Shown here piece after piece: positions 1-11,584 of a stretch of 64,000 nt of DNA. Within the stretch, counting starts at the first letter, position 1; every line of letters begins with the position of its first letter. A model generated the notes under the pieces. That model worked only from the letters and a program-made list of their open reading frames with translations. It was not told the DNA's origin and made no database searches. Both the position numbers and the translations under genes were made by a program. The stretch is from contig NC_043009.1 in NCBI RefSeq assembly GCF_006345805.1, positions 54,002,001 through 54,066,000 on the forward strand, written 5' to 3'. Source of the stretch: Octopus sinensis (lineage: Eukaryota).

Positions 1-273
1 CCTAGCCGGAATTTGAACTCAGAACGTTACGGCAGACGAAATACCTATTTCTTTTCTACCCACAAGGGGCTAAACACAGAGGACAAACAAGGACAGACAA
101 ACGGATTAAGTCGATTATATCGACCCCAGTGCGTAACTGGTACTTATTTAATCGACCCCGAAAGGATGAAAGGCAAGTGGACCTCAGCGGAATTTGAACT
201 CAGAACGTTGCGGCAGACGAAACAACGCTAAGCATTTCACCCGGCGAGCTAACGTTTCTGCCAGCTCGTCGCC
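1..273 (-). mobile_element. tRNA-derived SINE family A, head plus tandem second unit (runs off window start)
   Basis: Reverse complement reads GGCGACGAGCTGGCAGAAACGTTAG (A-box-like) ... GAGTTCAAATTCC (B-box), central CTTTCATCCTTTCGGGGTCGAT, tail TTAGCCCCTTGTGGG..AAAGAAATA, then restarts at GGTATTTCG. Same sequence recurs more than 10 times in the window. Confidence 0.9.
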
Positions 274-616
274 TTAAATGAGTATAAGTTTATGTCATCA
301 TGTTTTTGTGCTAAAATAAAATAGCTGTCAAGTCTCCCCAACATCACACAGTAACGTCTTACATGTGCAGGTTGAATGCATTGACTTTCAAGAGCCAATG
401 AAATGTGTTAAAAGCGAGAAGAGAGGAATGGACGCATTTGAAAGGTGTTTTGATTTTCGTTCTGCTTGATGAGAACTGAGCGCCAAAGAATAACAATAAC
501 AGAAAATGCATGTTAGATAATACAGACCTGCAGACATTATGGAGATGAACGATTGGATAGTCAAGGCTGGAACGACCTTCTCTGTGCGCTTGTATGTTAA
601 ATAATCCTTTCTAATT

Positions 617-810
617 TAAGCACAAATTTTGGGCGCAGGGACTAGTCGATTACATCGGCCCCGGTGATTCACTGGTACTTAATTTATCGACCCCGAAAGG
701 ATGAAAGGCAAAGACGACCTCGGCAGAATTTGAACTTAGTACGTAGCGGTAGAGGAAATATGGCTAAGCATTTATCCCGCTGTGCTAACGATTCTGCCAG
801 GTCACCGCCT
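617..810 (-). mobile_element. SINE family A, alternative-tail variant
   Basis: Same head, B-box and core as 1-273 on the minus strand, but a different, shorter 3' end. Confidence 0.8.
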
Positions 811-974
811 TTGTTTGTGAAATAATAACAAGAAGCACAAAGTTTCTGAAATACAAACCGCTTATATATCTGCGATTCAACTGAATTGACGCCCTCACTA
901 TATAATATAGAACCTTTACATAGTTCTCATGGAGATTCAGCGTAACACAGAATGTGATTAGGTTGGCCCTTTGA

Positions 975-1121
975 ATTGCAGGTAAAATATATTTCTCCCA
1001 GCTGAATGACTCGGGCAACGTGAAATAAAATGTCTTGATCAAGGACACAACCCATAGCCCGGTCCGGGACTCGAGTCCTGAACTTACGACCATGAGCCGA
1101 ATAAACTAAGCCACGCACCTT
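975..1121 (-). mobile_element. tRNA-derived SINE family C fragment
   Basis: Reverse complement GAAGGTGCGTGGCTTAG...GGTTGTGTCCTTGATCAAGACATTTTATTTCACGTTGC: tRNA-like head plus conserved-domain-like core. Related pieces at ~36745, ~48830 and ~57815. Confidence 0.6.
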
Positions 1122-2990
1122 CTCTACGATCGCTATAATTCTCCATGTTAAATATCGTAAACGTTGTTTGAATGCATAAATCATCAATATACTTCTTAAT
1201 GTTGCATTCAAATCAAAAACTGTGAAATTAACAAAATTTCCTGTTGAAACCTTAGAAGCCAACTAATGGTTTTGATTGTAGGTTGCTCTAAATGCTAGAA
1301 ATAGCAGCAAATCTTTCTCATAAACAATTTGTTTCTAAAAAAAAATTCTGACGGTAACGGAACACACTGTCGAATGTATTTGTAAATATATAAAAGATTG
1401 GATAGGCATGGCAGGAATGGTTTCCATTATATATTGAATCAATCAAGCCTAGCTTGAAGCGACGCAACACATTTTATTTTTTTATTTTTAGATTGCAAGA
1501 TCTAAATATTTTCTCCCTTTGTTCCAAGAGAGAACAAAATCGATACATTTGATAAATGACAAATATCGATGTTTCAGACAGCGTGAAGACACGTGGTTTG
1601 TTTTCTTTAGTTGACGTGTTTTGATGTGAAGCAAAAGTGAGATAAAGCTTCACATGAACTTGTTGTTAATCCTTCCTATGGAACAATACCAGCTGTTCTG
1701 AAATATATTCACGTTATTTTAAATGTTATACACAGTAAAATATTCAGAGAGAAATGTCTGCAGGAGGTTTTGAAATCCAACTCTATTACAGTAGCAGAGA
1801 CGGTCACCCTACAATTTCGTCATCTTACGATTCATACGTGAACCCCTGAACAATGTAAGAATGAAATACAAGTCTCCATTTAGAGTCTTATAATAGTATC
1901 AACTCGTGTAATATTGTTGTTGATGATGATTACAATGTTGTTGTTGTGGTTGCTCTTGATATGGTCGTCGTTGTTGTGCTTGTTTAGACCTGATACTATA
2001 TATTCGAGATCAGTATTTTTAAATGGAAATACTGACGCTCTTTCAATAGTTCTGTGTAAGTTTTATGTTCGTCTTGGTTGAGTAGCAGTAACATGCTTTA
2101 GTATAGTGCTGCTTCCGTGTACTGGGTTTCTATATAAATGCCTAGGAGTGTTTTTTTGTGTGAGATTGGTTTGTATTAACAAGGACTGAGGGTGGCTGAA
2201 TTTCGCAGTGGTAAAAACCTTTGATCTTCATATGTCTACGTAGTTTTTTTATTCTCATCAGTTTGATTTTATGAAGTGGTTTATGAGTGCTGTGAATGTA
2301 TAACGTAGGATGTTGTGACCAGCATTCACATATTTTTAAGGTATATTATATATTTAAAATTAATTTATACAGCGTTTCCTTAAAAGATCTCGCTATTAAT
2401 TCTAGAAGATCAATCGAAAGTGGTTTGTAACAGCTTTATTGGCGTGTACTATAAAACTATTTAGTTCCAATGCGCTTCTGGTTCTGTTAACACATCGTCT
2501 CGTCTGTTCAATTAAAATCAATATTGAAATATTTTGGCAACGACAATCATTCTATAATACTATAATATACTATTTCTACTTTCTGTCTCAGCCGTTTTTC
2601 GGATCGATTTGGGTCATATAACAGTCTTCTGAAAATAAATAGGTATTGATCTGAGAATGGACTCACTGTCAAAAATCTACATCCCAGAATAGTATTATTC
2701 AATTTTACAATTAAGACCGTTTCGCTGAATTCGTAAATCCATACAGGAAAGCGTGTATAGTTAATTATTTTACACTTCTGTTTGATTAATATTTCCATTG
2801 ATCAAATCTGACAGGACCATACACAGAACATTATATCAAAGACAGTTTCATGATTAAGGTTAGTTGGGTATGTGATACGATTCTAAGCTTAGAAATATAA
2901 CACCGTGAAAATAATATAGTTGTTCATTCTTAACCCACAGAAATAGTTATAAGCATTAAATTATTTTTAATCAGAAAGTTGGCATCATTG

Positions 2991-3144
2991 GTATGGCTGG
3001 ATGGTTAAGAAGCTTGCTTTTGCAGCCACATGGTTTCCGGTTCAGTCTCACGGTGCTGGAACTCGAGCAAGTAATTTCAGCTATAGCCCGAGGCCAACCG
3101 ATGCCTTACGAGTGAATTTGCTACACGGACACAGTTTGGAAGCC

Positions 3145-3150
<6 letters not shown>
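2991..3150 (+). mobile_element. SINE family B, 5' half (degenerate)
   Basis: TGGCTGGATGGTTAAGAAGCTTGC...GGTTCAGTCTC, similar to full copies at 13565 and 53390; ends in a (CA)(TA) microsatellite. Confidence 0.7.
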
Positions 3151-3179
<29 letters not shown>

Positions 3180-5284
3180 TATATATATATATATATATAT
3201 ACATGTATATATATAGTATATAAAATCTGTTCTGTCTGTCAGTGCGTGTGTCTTCTAGGATCTTGGGCATCCTCCATACGATTGCCTCAGATTTGATATG
3301 TAGATACCGACGGTATCAGGGCGTGTATAAGTCTTGAAATAAATTACAAAAATCGATTCCAGGTGAGAATACGATCGATAAAGCCGTGGGAACGTGCACT
3401 TGTACGCGCAAGCACATCAGTCGAAATCCGTCTTTTGTTGATGTCTCATATTTAGGTTAAATCAGTGTTTCTGAAAGGGAAGGCCTAAGAGATGGTCGGA
3501 CAAGTTGTTTTGAGAAAATTTACATATATATATGCACATGTATATACATACATATATATATTTGCACGCGCATTTATCCAAGTATACGTTTGTGTGTGTG
3601 GTGTGTCTGTGTATATATGCATATGTATGTATACATATATATAAAAATATATATATACGTATACATACGTATCTAAATATATATGTGTGTATGTGTGCGT
3701 GTGCGTGTGTGCATGCGTATATATTGATGTATATATTTCGCGTGCATATACAATCATACAATTGCAGAACAGTAACATCGCCGCTCTAGTATGAAGGAAA
3801 TTAAGCGAAAACAAGTAGTTTATTCATGAAGTAGTGTGCAACATTAAGAGTCACCTGGCGAACTCGAACGCGAAGCTCCAAGTAGCGACAGGCAGACTCA
3901 GCTTTGAATAGGCTATTGTGGAGGTTGAAAAGAACATTTCCGTTGTAAAGATGCAATAATTTAAATTGAATGTGGCTATTAATTCTTATTGATGAATTTC
4001 AATAGAAGACAACCTGGAGCACCGAATACATACCACCCCCGTAAATTACCAACTTCCTGTTGTCATACTGATCACTGTCCGCAAACTATAATAGATTTAA
4101 TCGAACAGTGACGTCAATCGAGATTCAAAATTCTGTAGAATTTCAGTTCACACACACACAGATTCAATCGTACGCAAACATTACGCATACAGATAGGCAT
4201 GCACATACAAAAGGCGTGAATGCATATGCAAATGCATTTATATGCATATAGATTTGTATACACAGAAAGGCATATACGTATATGCATACATTTATACATG
4301 TATACATACATATATACACATAAATATACGTGTATGTATGTATGTTTTTATATGTGTATGTGTGTGTATGCATGTGTGTATTTATAGCCAGTGATTATTC
4401 ATGGTAAGGCATCTACTGGACAGAAACTAAGCGAGAACAATGCCTAAACGTAATGAATATAAGCGATATGTCGTCTTGCTTTACAGTAAAGATTTAATCA
4501 ATGTTTCTAATGTCTTACTGGAATATCTTGTAACTATATCATAACTATGAAAAGAAAGCGATCCATTATAAAGATGCATGTAATTGATGCTATATTGCCT
4601 TCCAGTTTCCGTATCTACATCAAATTGAGTATTTATAATGGGAATAAATGATTGTGCCCTATGTCTTTTTGTTCTTGGTATTTTGGCTGTTGGTTTTTGT
4701 TATTGTTGTTGTCGTCGAGTTTAACCACGGGTCTACTATGGCTACGTAGGTTTATAATCTACTAAGCTAGAGCAAACGTAGGCATTTCAGCTAGGTATGA
4801 GCATTAAGTCTTATGTCTTTTCTGAAGACCAATGCATAGCTGGAACGTGGTTGGCATTTTTGCTAAAGTGTCTGAGTTGAAAGAATTGATCTTTCGAATA
4901 TAAACAAATTGAGAGAGTGTGGATTAAAGAAACGCACTTTCCAAGGTATAGCATCAAACCTATTTGGAATGATGGGCCCATAAATAGGAAAGAAATTTAA
5001 TATTTTGAGAATTTCGGAAATTTCCTAGAATATTAAATGGCCATAAAATCTCACTGATAAGAGCTATGGAGCTGAAATTTTCAGGAATTATTTTTCTCAT
5101 AAATACTAATAGATGGTATAAATTTAAAGAACATTTCGCGACAAATCCTTGTTGAATTTCGAATATCTCACAATTGCATTAAACTCTGTTTCAAGGACAC
5201 CGTTTAAAACGGACTTCGTATTTAACAGTTTTTTAAAAATAACGGACATTGTCTGCAATGGATCATACAGCGAAAATGAAAAGC

Positions 5285-5500
5285 ATTACTCTTTACTCTT
5301 TACTCTTTTACTTGTTTCAGTCATTTGACTGCGGCCATGCTGGAGCACCGCCTTTAGTCGAGCAACTCGACCCCGGGACTTATTCTTTTTGTAAGCCCAG
5401 TACTTATTCTATCGGTCTCTTTTTGCCGAACAGCTAAGTGACAGGGACGTAAACGCACCAGCATCGGTTGTCAAGCAATGCTAGGGGAACAAACACACAC
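5285..5500 (-). mobile_element. SINE family B, 3' half
   Basis: Matches the reverse complement of the B tail (GGCGGTGCTCCAGCATGGCCGCAGTCAAATGACTGAAACAAGTAAAAGAGTAAAG). Confidence 0.9.
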
Positions 5501-5644
5501 ACATACTTACCACACATCCACTCCTGCGCCTATTAGTGAATGATATTAAAAAGTAATCAAAATATATATCATCGAGCGTGCTCTAACGTCATTTTAGGTT
5601 TCAGCTTCGTATATATATTTTAATGCATAATACATATATTTTAA

Positions 5645-5802
5645 TGCGTGGCTGTGTGGTATGAATCTCGCTTCCCACCCACATGGCGCTGCGTTCCTTC
5701 CCACTGCGTGGCACCTTGGCCCCGTGTCTTCTACAATAACCTCGATGCGACCAAAGGCTTGTGAGTGGATTTCGTAGACAGAAACTGAAAGAAGGCCTTC
5801 GT
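5645..5802 (+). mobile_element. SINE family B, 5' half
   Basis: GTGGCTGTGTGG...CCCACTGCGTGGCACCTTGG...GAAACTGAAAGAAG, followed by (TA)n. Confidence 0.8.
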
Positions 5803-5808
5803 ATATAT

Positions 5809-5899
<91 letters not shown>

Positions 5900-6095
5900 A
5901 TATATATATATATATATAAATAAATAAATAAAATATATGCATATATACATACATATATGTACGTACCTACCTCTACATGTATGTATACATGTATATATGG
6001 GTACAGGACACCCCAAAAAACGTCGAACACAATGAGTAACGAAAACATAAACACAAAACCAAGGAACTGGACATATATATATATATATATGTATT

Positions 6096-6129
<34 letters not shown>

Positions 6130-6162
6130 TGTATTTTTTATGTATGTATATATGCATGTATG

Positions 6163-6206
<44 letters not shown>

Positions 6207-6221
6207 ATGTATATAATACAA

Positions 6222-6520
6222 AATGGACTAGAACGCAAAACATCCGGACAACTAGGTGATACAAAAAGGGGACAACAAAAAATCCAGATAGACGATACAA
6301 AAAAAAACAAGGACGGGTCATTTGAAGTTTTCTATCTTCAGTCAAGAACCATATTATCCTCGCAATTTCGAATCCAAACAAGGAAGATCAAGCAAGAAAA
6401 AACAACGCGAGGACGTAGTACAATTACTGTATTATCAGATGCTCAGGAAAAGAGGATTTAACGTTTGCAGTAAAGCTCTTATTCAGAAATACAGGTAAGT
6501 CTAAAGGAAGGGAAGGCGGA
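6222..6520 (-). mobile_element. Penelope-like element terminal (pLTR) fragment with decayed hammerhead motif
   Basis: Shares CAACGCGAGGACG...GCTCAGGAAA...TTTAACGTTT with 10221-10375 and TCTTCAGTCAAGAACC with the reverse complement of 23551-23805; (TA)n on the left. Confidence 0.6.
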
Positions 6521-7334
6521 GGAAGAAAATCGCCAACGATACACACGCGGTTGCATTTTGAAATGACTGAAAGGTTATGAGTGAAGAAAAAGTTCTTTCT
6601 AAGACAGGAGAGTGTAAGAGAATAAGATATGAGTGTGCATATGTGGGTATGTGACCATTCGCCCACTACCATACCGCTCCCCAGATGATTAAAATTTAAT
6701 TTACGACACTCACCAAGACATCAAAATCCTAAACCATCATCTCTAACCGCCATGTATGTTTCTGTATCTCTTTATTTTTATCTCACTTTATCTTTATGTT
6801 CACTTTTTATTTTTTTATCCTTTTTTTATCCTTTTATCCTTTTATTTTTTTCGTCTTTATTTTTCGCTTCTTTACTTTTATTTCCTTGTTATTTTTTACT
6901 TTTTATTTTACTCCTTACCCTTTAGGTTTTGTACCTTCTACACTTTCACAATACATTTCTAGAATGCATGACCCTATACATGACATCCTTTGTAGCTTTA
7001 TATACTTATTTTTTTACATCTTTACTTTTTTTATTATATTTTGTACTTACTTATCCTGTATAATCATGTTTAAATTTATACATATATTTTTTTCCTCTTT
7101 GTGATACAAATTTCATTAAAGATTCACCTCCTTCCACTCCTTTCCTCTTTCTCTCAACATCCAACCCCTTCATTCCTTATCAAGTGTAAAAACGGTATGG
7201 ACGTTTTGTTTTGGTGTCTCGCAATGCCATATACGCCTATGTGGATTTACCTTCCCAATGAAACTCGTTTTCTTCCCAAACTTTTTCTCAAACCTGCTAT
7301 AATGTAATACATGTCTTTCGTGTGGTAATTGTAC

Positions 7335-7421
7335 GCGGCTGAAGAAGGCTGTTGACCTACATTTTATATCAATTATGCATTGATATAAATAGTTCAATAA
7401 AGCCAGAAACATATGTACCGC
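7335..7421 (+). ncRNA. Type I hammerhead ribozyme candidate with long stem II
   Basis: Stem I GCGG/CCGC; core CTGAAGA (7339-7345); stem II GGCT...AGCC enclosing TATATCAAT/ATTGATATA; GAAA (7406-7409); palindromic stem III ACATATGT; predicted cleavage triplet GUA at 7415-7417. Confidence 0.7.
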
Positions 7422-7566
7422 ACAATCCTTTGTTTCCTGTTTTTCTTTTCATACATATATTCTATCACCTATACCACTAGCTGGCATATACAGGTGCTTA
7501 CAGTTGTCAATTATTCACCCTGAATTTTTTGTACCTAACTCACCTACGTTGTCACCTGGACTGGAT

Positions 7567-7608
<42 letters not shown>

Positions 7609-7896
7609 TGTGTATGTATCTACGTATGTATATGTATACATGGTGCACATTTAAGTATTCACTTGAAAGGTTGTGGTCAGCCTTGGGCTATAGTAGAATA
7701 CCACTATATGTATTTATGTAGGTTTATAGACCAAAATATTTGACAGATTCTTTGGTTTGTAAATCACACTTACAGCTTCACACCTCATAAATATGTAAGA
7801 ATTTTTATGACAACGTCTACACTTTTAGGATTTATACACGATTCGTATACAAATACGTTTGTGCACACACACAATCACATACACACATAGATGTGA

Positions 7897-8270
7897 CGCA
7901 GGCGTAGCTATGTGGTAAGAAGCTTGTTTCCCAACCAAATGGTTCCGGGTTCAGTCCTACTGCGTAGCAACTTGGGCATGTGTCTTCTACTATAGCCTCG
8001 ATCCGACCAAAGCCTTTTGCGGGTATTTGGTAGACGGAAACTGAAAGAAGCCATATGTATGTATGTATTTGTATGTCTGTGTTTGTCCCCTCCACCTTCG
8101 GTTGTCAACCGATGATGGTGTGTTTACGCCCCCGTCCTCATCGGTTTGGCAAAAATGAACCATAGAATAAATACTTGGCTTACAAAGAATAATTTCTGAT
8201 GTTGATTTCTTCGACTAAAGCCGGTGCTTCACTATGGTCAGAGTCGAATGACTGAAGCAAATGAAAGAAT
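7897..8270 (+). mobile_element. SINE family B, near full length, diverged
   Basis: Head, CORE-like CTTGGGCATGTGTCTTCTACTATAGCC, short internal microsatellite and tail all present. Confidence 0.85.
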
Positions 8271-9049
8271 ATATACAATGTCAAACTTCGAAGTTACTGT
8301 TAACCCTGTTCTGCTTGATATACATATCATGCAGAAAAAAGAAGTTCAAAATGCACTGGGATTTGTTTAGATTTTCTATCTTAAAATTTCTTAAGACTTA
8401 ACAGATTTTTCTAGTCTTCAAAATTTGAGACAGAAAGATGTGGAGTTATGCTTCTGATTGGTATTCAAAAACCATCTTGTTTTTATAGGTAGAACATGTC
8501 TCAAATTAATATCTGCTTTGAATACGCTTTGATTAGTCGAGGATGATCACGTGATCAGGTTTAGAAATTTTTGCAAGATCCCCGCTACATCCGTCCTTTA
8601 ATCTTATGTGTCACTATGTTTGTCGCCGTTAGTTAAAGTTGTCACGGTTGAGTGAAGATGTCTAGTGACAATCTCTAGCAATCAAGGCTATCTGCATTTT
8701 ATCTGTGAAATGTAGTAGAGGAAGCTGTCGTGATTGGTAGCAATCTTAGAAATTTTTGTATGTTCCCCGTGCATTAATATATGACTAGGTTTTCTTCACC
8801 GACAATCAAGGCTGGCACAGTTGAATGAACACATCTAGTGACAGTCCTACAACAAGGTTCTTTAAATTTAATCTGTCGAGTGGTAAACTGGCCAGGAATT
8901 ATTTCTATGTAGGTTAGGGATTGAATGGTTATGGTTTGTGTCTATGCATGCAGGCATCAAATTTAGCTATTAAATATCTTTTTTTCTAAATATTTAACAC
9001 TTATGTACATGTAGAATCTGTTAGTTAGCAGTCATGAGTGTGTCCCAAG

Positions 9050-9370
9050 TTTAGATTGTTAGCCGTATAAATTTAGCATGTCAAGTAGTAGAATAAGATG
9101 GTATGTGATTAGTTGTTTGTGAATGTAGTTTGTCGAAACAAACGTAGAGTGAAAAGACCTGGAACTTGGGAGACTTATGTTTTTTGCACAAGTGGCTATC
9201 TATCTACTAAGTGGTATCTGTCTCGTACTGGGGTCTCGTATTTGTTGTCCAGGGATAGAAAGTTTATTACTAATACTAAGTTTTGTTAGACCTATGTAAT
9301 GTTTGTTACATCCTTTACATTTTCAGAATTTGACGAGCAGGTAAAATCCTTTTTTTATTGTAAAATATCT
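9050..9370 (-). pseudogene. Penelope-like element GIY-YIG endonuclease remnant
   Basis: Minus-strand translation with frameshifts: DFTCSSN / KCKGCNKHYIGLTKLSISNKLSIPGQQIRDPSTRQIPLS*IATCAKN / PKFQVFSLY, i.e. CxxC...YIGxT of PLE endonucleases. Confidence 0.75.
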
Positions 9371-9512
9371 GTACTGATTTAAATTTGTATTTATATTTAT
9401 TGTCTTCATCGAGAGTGAACAAAAACAGATACTCTATGAAAAGAAGGCAATTTATGATTTCTAATCAGAAGCAAGGCAGTTGCAGCATATGTGTCTGTGT
9501 GTGTGTGTATGC

Positions 9513-9545
<33 letters not shown>

Positions 9546-9547
<2 letters not shown>

Positions 9548-10171
9548 GTGCAAATTTATAATTCATAGCTATGTAATGCTATTGCGCCTGCTTTCCACCT
9601 ATGTCACTGTTGATGATATCATCAATTTTAAAATTTATCCACAGATGATATGAACAGTGGTGACATCTGATTTCAAATCTCATTGTTTGAATGTGTTGCT
9701 TATAAATTTTTATGCACCATGTGCTCTCTTTTGAGTGCTAAACAAAACCAGTCGCACTGTCAGGGTTTAACGTGACAGTTATGGATTATTAGGCCACACT
9801 GATGAGGCCCAGTGTTTAAATACCCAAAAGCCGAAACCTGGTTTGTGGATATCCCTAATTGCATGATATTTTTATTTTGTGCTGTTAAATGTTTGAATCC
9901 TTTCTCTTTCCCTCGTATACTGTTTTTCTCTGTTACCTTGGTGTGGTACGGTGGATTAATTTAAGATTTTAGTTCTAATTTCTAGCAGGTGGATGCTTGT
10001 TAAGCATCATTACGCTTCGTGCAAATTTATGATTTATAGCTATATAATGCTATTGCACATGCGATTCACCTACGTCACTGCGAGTGATATCATCAATTTT
10101 AAACATTATCCCCACAGATGATGTAAAGAGTAGTGACATCTGGTTTCAAATCTCAGTGTTTGAATGTTTTG

Positions 10172-10177
<6 letters not shown>
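9546..10177 (+). repeat. Diverged ~160-bp direct repeats (9546-9704 and 10017-10177), period 471 bp, flanking a hammerhead
   Basis: TCGTGCAAATTTAT...GATATCATCAATTTTAAA...CACAGATGAT...TTTCAAATCTCA.TGTTTGAATG..TTGCTTATA occurs twice; both ends abut (TA)n. Confidence 0.85.
9794..9848 (+). ncRNA. Type I hammerhead ribozyme, canonical core
   Basis: Stem I CCACA/TGTGG; CTGATGA (9799-9805); stem II GGC/GCC; GAAA (9833-9836); stem III AC-CTG-GT; predicted cleavage triplet GUU at 9841-9843. Confidence 0.8.
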
Positions 10178-10220
<43 letters not shown>

Positions 10221-10225
<5 letters not shown>

Positions 10226-10375
10226 ATCCAAACAAGAAAACACAGAAAAAAACACAGCAACGCGAGGACGTGGAACTATTAAAGTATTATTTGACGCTCA
10301 GGAAAGAAGGGAAGGAGGGTTTAACGTTTCGAGCGGAGCTCTTCGTCGGAAACAAGGAGAAGGAAAGATCCCGAT
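10221..10375 (-). mobile_element. Penelope-like element terminal fragment
   Basis: Inserted between two (TA)n tracts; contains a minimal HHR fold; near-identical truncated copy at 53026-53133. Confidence 0.7.
10319..10353 (-). ncRNA. Minimal hammerhead motif (U4-to-C variant core)
   Basis: Reverse complement: GTTT-CCGACGA-A-GAGC-TCC-GCTC-GAAA-CGT-T-AAAC; ACGT palindromic stem III of the PLE dimeric type. Confidence 0.6.
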
Positions 10376-11551
10376 ATATATATATATATATATATTTGTA
10401 ACAAGTATTAAGATGCTTGCTATGCTTTTGCGTTTGTTGTCCTCTTTCGCGAATATACATGTGCTAAATCGGAAACATAAAATGGATCCATAACTTCCGT
10501 CTCATCAACTAATACCCACCGTATCTATTCGTTTAGATCACCAGTGAACTAAACCCCCGTATTATGTATGTGTGTGCGCGCGTGTCTGTGTGTATGTCTG
10601 TGTGTACGTATGAACGTATGTATGTAACATGCATATTTTTACGACATCTTTATATTGCAGCCTTTCTTGTGGACGTGCATATTAGAATAATTGAATTTGG
10701 CATTGATATTGCGAAACAATACTAATTAACTCATTGATTTCTTTGCTATCACCAAAATATTGCCTTTGTTTTTCTTTCTTTTACCTCACTCTATCAGTAT
10801 TACTCTATCTCTCTATCTGCCTTTCCGTTTGACTCACTTTCTTCTTCTCTACATCATGTAAACATTTTTCTACCATTTGTTTCTATATGAATATTTCATT
10901 CCTTCTTTGTCTCTTCCACAATATAATTATTCTTACCTTTCTTTGTTTTTCTAACAAATATTTATAGCAATTTCTACATTGGTACATTCGCTAGCTTCAT
11001 AAAATTCCCTTAAAATTATACGCAAACACTCAAACGGACTCACATATACAGCACGCACAAACACTGATGCTCCCGCTCACGTACAATCCTTGATTAACAT
11101 GTAAGTTATCCTACGCATTATTAATCTGAAATTAATATTTGATATGTAAGAAGACAGTAATGGAATCAATAAACCTATCACCTCGAGATTAATTACATGT
11201 GCATAAGGTACACGGGTACGTTAGGTACAAATGAAATACGAATGATGTGGAGGTGTAGACGGAAGTTTTGTGCTTTGCTATATGTGTGATGGTGATAGGC
11301 AAGTGAGCATTATGCACGTGTGCTTTTACCTGATTGTGTATGTGTGTGTTTGTGTGTGTGTGTGTGTGCGTGTGTCTGTGAGTGTGTTTGTGTGTTTAAT
11401 GGTCGTCTGAGTACTTCTGTGTCTAGCTGCGTGGGTATATATGCCTACATACATACATACATACATATATACATACATACATATATACATACATACATGT
11501 ATGTATATATATATGTTAGAAAAGTTTATCATTGAGAATAGAAAAGATAAT

Positions 11552-11584
<33 letters not shown>

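Noticed and set aside
4822-4850. CTGAAGA followed by a CCA/TGG stem
   Set aside because: No GAAA and no stem I pairing.
6456-6490. Hammerhead-like motif on the minus strand (ATTT-CTGAATA-AGAGC...AAACGTT-AAAT)
   Set aside because: G8 lost and stem II/GAAA scrambled; treated as a dead copy, not called as an ncRNA.
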